DNA of 64,000 nucleotides from Podarcis liolepis (taxonomy: Eukaryota), in NCBI GenBank assembly GCA_965112155.1, contig OZ218103.1. The stretch is one strand, 5' to 3'. Positions 1-10,725 of this stretch are shown here, piece by piece (the first letter of the stretch is position 1; each line of letters starts with the position of its first letter). A program made the translations under genes and the position numbers. The notes beneath the pieces are model-generated. The model did not search any database, had not been told where the DNA came from, and saw only the letters and a program-made list of their open reading frames with translations.

Positions 1-1005
1 CCATAAAGCAGTGTGCTCAATGCTCAAGCCTGGTAGACCTTCATCTTGCTATTAGTTGTTAGCGTCACATTTTCCCCTACCCTTTTGGAGAGGTGAGCCA
101 TTGCCCCAGCTGCCTTGCCAATATGCTTGTCCAGCTCAGTGTCGATGGAAAGGTTGCTGGTTATGGTAGATCCCAGGTAGACAAAATAGTTTACCATCTC
201 AAGCGTGTGGTCACCAGTGCTGATGTGTGGAGTGCTTGCAACATCCTGACCCAGGAAGTTGGTCTTTGTCAGGCTGATGGTGACGCCAAGCTAGGTGCAG
301 CCTTTTGCAAAACAGTTGATAAGTCTCTGTAGAGTGGTGTCAAGGCTGTGTCATCTGCAGACACCATCTCTCAGATAAGAACCTTCCACACTTTTGTCTT
401 GAACAGACCCCTGTCAATCCTTGAATGGAAGTATGCACCACCTTCAGTCGAGCTGAAGGCATAGGAGAGCAACAGTGAAAAGAATATGCCAAAGAGTACT
501 GGAGCAAGAACACGGTCCTGTTTCACACGGCTATTTATAGGGAAGGCGTCCAAGGATGAACCTTCATACTGGACGGTGCTGTGCATGTTCTCGTGGAAGA
601 ACACAATCATCTTGTGGAGCTTTGGGGGGCATCCTATCTTGTTGAGCAGTGTTAAGGGTCCTTTTTGGCTGACAAGGTCAAAGACCATTGTCAGGCCTAT
701 GAAGGTGATATACAGGGGGCATCTCTGCTCTTGGTATTTCTACTGGCTCAGTGAGAAAATAATGTCAACTGCTGACCTAAACTCTAAAGATGCATTATGA
801 CTTGGGATAGGCCCTGTCAGCGAGTAACTGTAATCTGTTGAGAACTATGTGGGCAAAGGCTTTCTCTACAATACTCAGCAAGGAGATACTATGGTAGTTG
901 TTACAATCATGGCAGTCATCTTTGTTATTATAGAGGGTCAGAATGCCTGGGTCGTGCAAGTCTTGTGGCACGGATCCTTTCCCCCAACTATTCCCATGTG
1001 AGGAG
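1..1005 (-). mobile_element. Degenerate RTE-clade LINE, reverse transcriptase region (continues off the left edge)
   Basis: Minus-strand translations give RTE RT motifs in order: WGKGSVPQDLHD..LYNNKDDCHDCNNYHSISLLSIVEKAFA, FDLVSQKG..KIGCPPKL, VKQDRVLAPVLFGIFFS (QGCVLAP motif), EMVSADD (F/YADD) and KMKVYQA*ALSTLLYG, interrupted by stops and frameshifts. Confidence 0.92.
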
Positions 1006-1044
1006 TAGGTCAAATTCAAAGTGCTATTTTTAATGTTCAAAGCT

Positions 1045-1460
1045 CAAAATGTCTTGCTGCCAGGTTCCCTAAAGATCAACTCCTCTGACACTTCTTACAC
1101 TGACCCTAGGACCTTTAGGAGTTCTTCTCAGGGTGCCAAATGAGGTATGGTGGGTGGCTGTCAGAGAAATGGCATTTTTATTGGTGACACCCGAATGCTC
1201 TCCCCAGAGAGACTCACCTGGGGCCTATGTTATGGTCTTCCTAGTAGCAGATGGCAACCTTTTTATTTTCCTGCTTTAAGACCTTAAGTGGCTTTACCTC
1301 AGTTGTGTGAGTGTAAGTTTTATTGTTGCTGGATTTACTTATTTATTTTAATACCATGGCAGGCTTTATTCTACTTAATTTTTATGGTTTTTAGTTTTTA
1401 TTGTTAACTTCCCATAGGACATTGTTAATTGGGTGGTATACAAAGGATGCAAATCAATCA
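1045..1460 (+). mobile_element. Old L2 LINE 3' end fragment
   Basis: Matches squamate L2 3' wording (gaggtatggtgggtggc..gaatgctctccccagagagactcacctgg) followed by a T-rich UTR and gggtggtatacaaa..aatcaatca tail. Confidence 0.55.
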
Positions 1461-3199
1461 GTGGATCAATTTATATAGTCCTGGGTTTAACCACATGCTC
1501 ATGGTGGTTGGATGAACACAGCAGTTGTGGCTTTATTACTATACTGTAGAATCAAGAGTGTGTGACGAACACCCACCTGAACTGCAATTTGTTTTCCCTT
1601 AGCAATTGGTTATTGCTACAGGCAGTGGTAACCCTAGCTCTCTTGTCTCTTTCCTCTCCTTTGCATATTTTTGACTCATGCTTCTTCCAAGAGGCTCAAG
1701 GATATTGTATCCTCACAATAAACCTGTAGATGTACTTTAAATTGCATATTTGTGATACAGGTTTATGTGAACTGATGTCATATTTCTGGTGTGTAGTCGC
1801 GAGCAAGATCAGCCCTCATAATCACATAGCTGTCTAGATTTGCATACAGCCAGACTGAAAGTAAGTACATGATTCCTGGGGAGGGCAGTATGGTCAGTGT
1901 TCCTGCAGAATTTGAATGGACTGTCTCTTACTATGGTACCAATCTGCATGGCACAGTTAACAGCAAATAGATAGTATGGCTCTATGAAGCTGAGCAGTAC
2001 ATCAGCATGCGAGCTTCCTGGCACATTCCTGTTGAATGCTGGAATGTATAGGAAGCATACAGAAAAGGAAGCCCAGTGTGCCATTGTACAACCTTTCAGC
2101 CTTACACTTTGAGAAGCAAAGAGTGTACTTCTTTAGCTTGCTCCTCATTCTTCCAGTGTGCAGCACAAATACTTGGGTATCAAGCAAAATGCCAGAGATC
2201 AAACACATGATAATTCCCAAATAAATGTAACGTCTTTATGGAAGGCTCAATCTGTAGGCGATTAAGCCATACAACAACAGTATGCTAGGATTGCTAAATT
2301 TTGTACCCATCTTTGCAATCAAAATGAGGTCTAGTAATTAGAATTCTGAAGGTACCAGAACAGACATTCTGCAGTAAATTTGCCTACCATTGAAAGACAA
2401 AAGGCTGGATTCAATTATAAAGGTGGGTTAACGGGAGCCAGTGCAAGGAGTTCTGCTAGTGCAATGGAACTTTCTCTCCTCTCCTCCCTCTGCATGCCCC
2501 GCAACCTAAATTGACTAAATGTGTGTTGGGAGAACCCCCAGAACAGCACAGGGAGATGAGAAGGGAAATTGTTTCATTGGGCAAACTGAAATGCTTGTGC
2601 TGATGGAATGATTGGAAAAGTGTGATGATGAATTTCTCCCATAATGTTTGTGCTAAAATTGGATTGTAATTTAAATTGGATGGTAATTTGATTAATTGTA
2701 GGAATGCCATTAAAATGCATAATTATCAAAACAGATTTCAGAATATCCTTTTTACCACAACACACTGACTGAACCTAGTAGAAGGGCCCCAGTTCCAAAA
2801 CTAATCTATGCCTACTGAATTATTTTGAGATATCTAGTGGGCATACAGGAAAAAATTGCAGATTATAAAACCGGTTTATTTCTGGATTGGGAATTGGGGA
2901 AGTTTCCTACTCCCTAATTACAAGCCACACCATTTGTACAATTCTTAAATGTCTTGTTCTATGTCTTATTTTCCTCTTGGCAATAATGGAGCAGCTGTAT
3001 GCTGTTCACGTTTACAAGTCTAGATCAGATGTAACACTTGCTGAATTTAAGGGTTGCAATTGGGAGTATACCTCACTGATTTTCAAGTCACCATGTGGGA
3101 GAGCATTCCATACTCCTATTGAGGTGACTTTTCAAAGCAGAGAGGACTATTGCGGATGTGGCCCTTTCGTGCTGTCCAAACCACTGTGAGTTATGGCTT

Positions 3200-3345
3200 C
3201 TCCAGCCTCTAATTATGCAGTCAGCCCCCAGTCGCCTGTTCCTAACGAGGCTGACAGGCTAATCTCTCAAGAGCCCTTAATGTGTTATCATCTCTCGCTG
3301 GGTGACCTCATATTTCTAACTGCTTTGGTGGGGGGAGGAAGGAAA
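3200..3345. promoter_or_regulatory. Candidate conserved non-coding element
   Basis: Repeat-free block with retained CpGs, TGACAG (MEIS-type), TAATCT and TTAATG motifs; conservation not checked. Confidence 0.25.
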
Positions 3346-4689
3346 AGTGTCGTCTGCTCTCCCCCCTCAACATAAGCCCACATCCTCAGGCTCATCTGTT
3401 CAGGCAAGGGAGATCAGCCCATCCATCACCTACCCCGTTGGGCTATTAGATGATTAAAGGCATTTTTTATAATATTTGGGCGAGTTTTCAAAGCTTCTTG
3501 CAAAGTGTCTGATTAACACCCGTTTTAACCCCTCACTGGTCAGATTGCAAACCCCAGGAACAGGGGAGATGCACATGGGCAAGACTGTTAAGAGATGCCT
3601 GCCTTCAGCAGCATTTGTTTTGTCTGCTCATGCCCAGATCACTGACAAGGTGTGATTCATGGTCCCTGGACACCTGCAGGAAACAGTTCTTCCTTGCCAA
3701 CTGGGACCTGGTGGTTTATGAGGTTTTAACGGTTCCAGGGGACAGGAAATGGGACCCTGGTTTGTTATGCAACAGGCTGTGCAGGCGCTGATTATGTCTC
3801 CTCTTGGTAGCAGATCCATTAGTTGCCCTTAGGAGCAGAGGGTCAGGATGGATTGCAGTTCTGTGGCCCAGCAAGGAAAGCAGCTTGAGATGTGAACACC
3901 ACACAATCTTTGGCATTTTTTACCTTATTCGCATGCTTACCCTTGTGCCCATTTCCTAGGTTCACCCACACCTCAGGTCACACATTCCTTCCAGATCTGT
4001 TCCTTTTGGGGAGTTATCTGTTGCAGCTAAAGGCATGGAGACTGGGAAAGTGAGCCATGGGACAGAATTGTTCATGGTAGTGGTCTCTTTGTCTACCAGA
4101 GCCCCCTTTGGATTTGGAACTTTCTGCCAACTCTGCTCAGGTTTTTCTCTACATTGATTAAAGTTAAGGTACACAGGGTTGTGTACATATGTGGTGCAGT
4201 TGCACAGCATGTATAGTCATGATTAAGGCCCTTTGCATGGAGGAAGTGTAGTCATTAAAGGGCACTGAGTAACAAACACAAAACAGAGTTCTGGAGTTAA
4301 AAGTTGATCATGTCTCAATTGCAAAAAGTGCCAATATTTTAAGAGAGAGGGTAGCTGACTTTTAAGAGAGAGGCTAGTTACTTGGGGAAAGGGTGGTTTT
4401 TCTGCTTCATGCTGTCTGTACATTAAAATGTGATGCCTACTCAAAGAGCATACAACTTTCTTTAACAGGTTTTTGAAGTGCAAAGTATATATGAGTGGAA
4501 CATTCTTTCTACAGTTTATCTAGCCTTCAAGGCAAATATTCTGATGGATGATACCTTATGGGAAGCTGTTAGTTGTTGGGGGCTTTTGAGAAATGGTCTA
4601 TTCACAAATGTTCCTTTTGTGCTTTGTTTGTAAGACCCCAGCACTTGAAGCAGAAGCTTCAGATGCTTAATCCCATGACGCTTGCTGAG

Positions 4690-4890
4690 TTTGGAAAATC
4701 TCTGCTGTTAAATGTCACTTGCTCAGTTGTAGGAGTCAATTGATTGATTGTCGTCCTTTGTGATGCTCATTGTCATATTTCATAATCTCAATTTCTTGTC
4801 AATTGATTGCCAGATAGAAGCGACAGCCAAGGAGGGCCGCCAGCGTCTGCAGGGGCCAGCCAGCGCATGGCGTTAACTTTCCCTCTCTGT
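4690..4890. promoter_or_regulatory. Candidate enhancer/CNE
   Basis: TGATTGAT (4741-4748), SOX-like CCTTTGT and CATTGTC, and CpG retention in otherwise CpG-poor DNA. Confidence 0.35.
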
Positions 4891-5400
4891 AAGTGTTCCC
4901 TTCTTTTATTACTGTTGTGGGGTGGTTCAGAAAATGAATAGAAGAATAGTTTGGGTAGATGATAATAGTCCTGGGGATAACTGTGCTGTTAGCATTATCA
5001 AACATGTCACATTTTTCAGGCAAGAAAAGAGAACATTTATTTTTAATAAAGGTGTTTTCTGGTGCTTGGCTGAGAATAGCACCTAGGAGTCCTGGCTCCC
5101 CAGCCCTCACTGCTCTAACTTCTAACTTCTAAAAAGAGCTGGGAATAAACTGAGCATTGTCTCGTCAGGGACAGTTAATTGTAATTTGTGTAGGCACGTT
5201 TTAGGGTGTTTAGGGTGGTAGGTGGGGTATATTATTGTTCTGGGAGGTTCAACGCCATGTAGGCAAGCTGGATCAAAGCTCTGCCCTCTCCTCTTCTCAC
5301 GCAGCTGGGAAGACTTCTGCCAAGATTACTTTCAGTTTCAGATAATCTCATTTTAATGCTACACGTGAAGCAGGAATCTTGGTATTCAAACCACAGTTAT

Positions 5401-5570
5401 CAGGACTGGCCTAAGGCATTTTGCTTCCTGAGGCAAAGGACAAGATGGTGCCTCCTCCTCTTCCACATACAGAAACCAGCTGGACTGACAGCTGATCTTA
5501 CTTCAACTGTATGACTGTATATCATCCTCCACTGTGCCTGAGGCAGCAGGCCAGGTTAGAGAGACAGTTT
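5401..5570. mobile_element. Old non-autonomous hAT-like DNA transposon fragment
   Basis: Begins caggactggcctaaggcattttgc..cctgaggc..caagatggtgcc, a typical hAT-type terminal wording; no intact right end seen. Confidence 0.35.
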
Positions 5571-5892
5571 AATTTATACAGTTCTCTCCTCCAACAGAGG
5601 GGGAATGTCTGGTTTGAAGTTGTTTTGTTTAACAATGAACCAGTGTTCATTTAAAATCAGGATTCCTGGTTTGCACATTATGCTAAAATGAGATTATTTG
5701 AAACAGAAATTTATGCCAGTAGAAATCCTCCCAGCCATGAGGTGGAAGGGAAGAAGGGAGTGGACAACCTGAATGCTTTGCTTGGGCTTGCTATGGTTCA
5801 TCCATGTCACAGTTCCTAAACCATTGATTACTGTTACCTACAAACCAGCCATTGCTTGGGTGGGTCAGACAAATAATTTATCCTGGATTAGA

Positions 5893-6100
5893 CAGTTTAT
5901 TTTTATCTATTTAATTCATAAAATTTATATACTGCTGAATAGCAGAAAAAATATCCAAGTGGTTTACAAAAAAGATAAAACAATAAAATAATCACTTTGA
6001 AAATTGCAACCATAATTTAAAACATACAGGTTAATACCGCAATAAAAGAGACTGAAACCAATTAAAATTCTTACAAACTTTCTAAACATCTAAACAATGA
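5893..6100 (-). mobile_element. L2-like 3' tail remnant
   Basis: tttattttt..atttatatactgc..agtggtttacaa pattern shared with the other L2 tails in the window. Confidence 0.35.
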
Positions 6101-6246
6101 CTGTCAACAGATGCTACTGAAGATATGCAACTGCTTTGCAGTTATGTTAACTCAAGACTGTGTGTATTATGCTTATACAATGTTAATTCATGACTGTTTG
6201 TATTAGGCTTCTATTGGGCATTAGACCATACATAATTTGAATTCTA

Positions 6247-6452
6247 TCATAGAACCTACAACAGAGAAAGCTGCTTATACTGAGTCAGACCATTGGTCCA
6301 ACTAGCTCAGTATTGTCCACAGTTATGACTGGCAACTGCTCCCCAGTTTTTCAGAATGGAACTTTCCCCTAGCCCTACATAGAGAAGCTGGAGATTAAAA
6401 CTGGGACCTTTTGTATGAAAAACAGATGCATTGTCGCTGATTTGTGGCCCTT
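6247..6452 (-). mobile_element. tRNA-derived SINE (Squam3-like)
   Basis: Reverse complement has a degenerate tRNA head and the body gacaatactgagctagttggaccaatggtctgactcagtataagcagc; homologous to the copy at 42709-42874. Confidence 0.8.
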
Positions 6453-6538
6453 CTCTTCAATTGCTCACCAAGAACCTCAGCTTTTAATTTATTAATTTTT
6501 ATAGACTTCTGAGTTTCAGGAAAAACTTTGGAAGTGTA

Positions 6539-7357
6539 CAGTGGTGCCTCGCAAGACGAAATTAATTCATTCCGTGAATTTTTCGTCTTGCGAAGCACGG
6601 TTTTCCATAGGAATGCATTGAAAATCAATTAATGCGTTCCTATGGTCAAAAAAAGTCCAAACAAAGCCAAATTTGGTACAACAAGAGTTTATTAAGTGCT
6701 CTTTAAAGTCACACATACTGTAAAGAGCATTTCAAAATTCAAACCCAGAATTTTTTTAAAAGAACAGCAGAGTGGCCCAATGGTCACAGAAAATGATAAA
6801 AATGCAGAAAAAACCCCACAAGCTTCCAGATTCTTGCAAACCCCTCCCCAACTGTTCCCCCAGCCACCCAGCACACAGAAATTCAAATCCAGAATTTTTT
6901 TTAAAAAACAGCAGAGTGGTCCAATGGTCACAGAAAATCATCAAAATGCAGGAAAAAACACACAAGCTTCCAGATTCTTGCAAACCCCTTCCCAATACCA
7001 AGTCCTTGAATTCCAAACACCCCAACCCAAAACCCAAAACCCCCCAAAAAAGTTTTAAAAGCTTAACTTACCAAATGGCTGCAAAAGAAGTTTTGGGAAA
7101 GCTTCAAAAATCACCAAAGTCTTTAAAAACCTCAAAAAAGGCTACTATGTATACTGCGTTCTATGAGTTGCTCCTCAAAGTCAAGTCGCAACTGTATTAA
7201 CGGTGTTAAGAAAAAGGAAACTAACTTGCAAAACGTTTTCGTCTTGCGAAGCAAGCCCATAGGGAAATTCGTCTTGCGAAGCAGCTCAAAAACAGAAAAC
7301 CCTTTCGTCTAGCGAGTTTTCCATCTTGCGAGGCATCCGTCTTGCAGGGCACCACTG
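6539..7357. mobile_element. Tc1/mariner (Tigger/pogo-like) non-autonomous element, 819 bp
   Basis: TIRs cagtggtgcctcgcaagacg / cgtcttgcagggcaccactg, TA on both sides (6537-6538, 7358-7359), and repeated subterminal cgtcttgcga motifs. Confidence 0.93.
6736..6994. repeat. Internal direct duplication (two ~115-bp units, period ~144 bp) inside the MITE
   Basis: aattcaaa(c/t)ccagaattttttt..cagcagagtgg..atggtcacagaaaat..caagcttccagattcttgcaaacccct occurs at ~6736 and ~6880. Confidence 0.9.
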
Positions 7358-8269
7358 TATTGGAAATGTCTGATGAGAGCTTAGAATGCAATGGATGTTT
7401 TAAACAGGGCTTATAAGAACAGAGCTGCCCTTCTGCTCCTTGTTCCCCTGTCTTCTTCAGATTAATGTTACTCTTCTTTCTTTGCCCTGTGCCACAACCT
7501 TTCCATTGCTTACAACTTCTGAATGCAACAAAGCTCCCTGTTATACAACAAGATTTACTTAATGCAGATTAATTGAGCAATCTGAATGCCTAATTTGCCA
7601 TGCCAGGGGGGGTTGGGCTGGATCCCCTGAGGATTGCTGTCACGTAATGGCAATGGGTTTATTCCAGGCCTTTTTGCTGTGCCAGACATGAAGGTGGTGC
7701 AGTGAAGAGGCATTTCACCGGGCGAGTGCAAACGGCAGGGCTGTGTTTGTGCTGCTGCTGCTGGCCAGGGCTTAAGACTGTAGCCTAAGTCCTACATTGT
7801 GTGTAACCTATTTGTAAAACACAATTTCTACATGAACATGTGAAATGTGATTGATCCATTTATTACATTTAGAAGCCCACCCTTCACTAAGCATTGTCAG
7901 TCTTGTTTGAAGGGGGGGGGGCTTCGTTTCACTTGCCCCCTGTATTTGCATTTTACAATGAAAGCCATTGAAACCAGAATCTATTTGATGGTCTTCTCCC
8001 ATAATTTAGGACATCTTTGGAAATTCCACCCCCATATTGTTCAGGTTGAAATTAGAGTGTGCGCACAAGACTAATAGGTAAACCGGTTTGGAGAGTGGCT
8101 GTTCAGATGGCTCCACAACCTGGTTCCGATGGCAGTGTTTTGTGTTATCTTCCGCCTCCCCCCCCCCCCCACTCCAAACAACCTTTACTGGAAAGCATAT
8201 GGAAAGGAGAGCAGCCGACCTTTGGCACATTTATTGACACTCCCAGAGTTCATACTGCAACTCTACAAT

Positions 8270-8560
8270 CTTTCCCTGAGATTATTAAAAATTAATTGAT
8301 CACTTTTATATCCCCCCATGGTGCCCGACACTGTCGCTGCGAGAGGGGCCAAGGGGAGGAGGGCGTGTGCAGGCGTAGCAAACACACTGATAAATGTTAA
8401 TTACTCTTTTATGGCCCTTGTCAAATTCCAAAGCAAGTCATAAATTCATTAAACTCTAACGGATTAAGCACATGCAGCTTATTTAGCCGCCATAAACAAG
8501 ATCATTTGTATGTTGGTTTTTCCTTTTTTATTGCTTCAGCAGCAAAAAGGAGAAAAAATT
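8270..8560. promoter_or_regulatory. Candidate enhancer/CNE with posterior HOX/CDX-type sites
   Basis: TTTTATGGCC 8407-8416, GTCATAAA 8437-8444, GCCATAAA 8489-8496, GGATTA 8461-8466, several TAAT cores, and retained CpGs. Confidence 0.45.
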
Positions 8561-10392
8561 GACTCAGGAGCTCCTGATGGGTTTGAAAAGTTGGGCAGTT
8601 AATATCCTGCTGCTATTGTCTCTTATTATTTTGTATACATATAGCTATGTACAATTGATATTTGGCATGATAAATTATTACTGTCTTATTTCTGGATAAC
8701 AAAAGATAATATAGTAATATACCTTTTAGAGAACCAAATTGCATTGGTGAAAATTCATTCTGGCTTTCAAGTTCTTCAGCAACAAATAGATCCAACTCTT
8801 TTGCCAGTTGACATTGATCACAGTACAAAGCATGACCGCCGCCTATTTTGTATCTCCCCTGTCATTACACAATGTATAGTATCAATATAATATTATGGTA
8901 GTTCTGGTAAAACATGCAGCCTTCTTTTATGAAATGGTTTCTGCTTGAATTGACCGCTTTGGAAGTATGCTCAGGAACACCACATTTTCTTAGGATTCAA
9001 AACAACAGTATTTTGACTCTTCGGAAATAAGATGATTTTCTAAGCTGGAGCATGCATTACCCTACTACAGTCATAAATGTGGCCCCCAAAATGTCATGAG
9101 AACTTCTTGGATAGAACACCAGTCTCACTTAATTTCATTGACCTCAGAAGAAGAGATGTTCCTAATAAGAGAAATGAAAAGCTGAGGCAAAGGCACTTGA
9201 TTGAACTTTCAGTCCATAAGACTGAAAGCTCAGAAACTCATGGTTCAGTGTTATAGCCTACACAGCTTGGTTCTGGTCTCCTGGTCAACTAGTTGACTAG
9301 GTCTTCCTTGGAGGAGAAATGGAGCACTGCAACAAAATAAGTTCAGTATACTTAAGCTCCAGCTACTGGAACAGTTGTCTCTGCAAATTCCCTGGAGTGT
9401 GGATTTTTAAGTACTGACAGGAGATACTGAAATGATACAGGATGGAACTTAGAGGTTCCAAAAGACAAGGGCTTGCTACTGAAAACAGCAGCTATTTGTT
9501 CAGGTCTCCCCTCCGCCTTAACATCTGGTACAGTTTATCCTGTGTCCTCCTGATAGCATTATGCTGCATTTTCCTGTCCCAGTTCTACATGCTTCTGCCA
9601 CTGGTAGAACTTTGGGACATGAGCAAAGTTGCATTACACATTATGAAAACAGAGTCGGCACAGGGCTGCCATTTTCAGAAGCAGACTTTTGTTCTTCCGT
9701 AATGTGTTGTTCTGCTCTGAAATGTGACCATTCAAGTCACAGGGAGACTTGGATCAATCCTCAGCTGTTCCTCTTTGACACAAAAGTCAGTGGTGAGTCT
9801 AATTAGCACGCCACATTATAGAAATGTATGTGAAAAGTTCTAACATTCATACCCAAAATCACCATGTCAACTCTGCTTTTTCAAGGCTGGCAAAGAGCCC
9901 TTATTTTGCATGCCTCAAAGTCTCAACCCCCCAAAACAGTATGGTTGCCTGGAGTTGCAAACACCTTTAATTCTGTGCATGGCTGCCCCATGTGGTGAGC
10001 TATCAGAACTGCAGCTTTTAACATCTACATGGCAAAGTATTCTTAGGATTTAGACTGGCCCTATCTACCAAGGCTGGCCATTGTGTCCTAAGAAGGGCTC
10101 TCAAAGTCTTCCTGCTTGGCTTGGGCATTACTTGAGTAGCAAGCTCTTTCCGGCTCTCTTTCTTTTCGGTGTTTCTTGTCTCTTACTCCTTGGTTCAGCT
10201 CTTGGCCCTCAGTTAACCTATAACAGATCAGCTTTGACAGATCAATCTTAAATTATTTTTTTTTACCGCAACAAAACATTATAGAACACATACAGGAATC
10301 TATTTTGCAAGACTGCAGATGTCAGTCAAAATGGTCAAAGTGCTGTCTTAGATAGACAAGACCACAACAGCCTATCGTTACAACAAGTGAGA

Positions 10393-10725
10393 TCTGGGGT
10401 GGTATAGTGGCTAAAAGACTGGGGTTGCCATCCTAACCCACTTATCTGGGAGCAGATGCCAATGAATTCAATATGACTTGCTTTTGAGTAGATATGGTTA
10501 GGGCTGTGCTGTGTGTGACTAATCAGAAAATTTTCAGTTCAAATCTCACTTTCCCCATGAACTGACTTGATTACATTAGGCAAGTGATTCCCCCTGCCCC
10601 CCATTTTCTGCAGCCATCCATCTCCAATATAGGAATGATGATAGCATTGAGCATTACAAGGTTGTTGTCTACAGCAGGATAATGTATGCCAATCAAGTGC
10701 TTTGAACATCATAAAATGTCCAAAG
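10393..10725 (+). mobile_element. Old MIR/CORE-like SINE, interrupted by a small palindromic element
   Basis: A-box-like gtggtatagtggct, B-box-like gttcaaatct, CORE-like ggcaagtga..catctccaatataggaatgatgata, and tail aagtgctttgaac. Confidence 0.6.
10424..10508. mobile_element. ~85-bp palindromic MITE-like element
   Basis: Arms cctaacc/ggttagg around a central aatgaattcaat; same family as 58427-58506. Confidence 0.55.
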
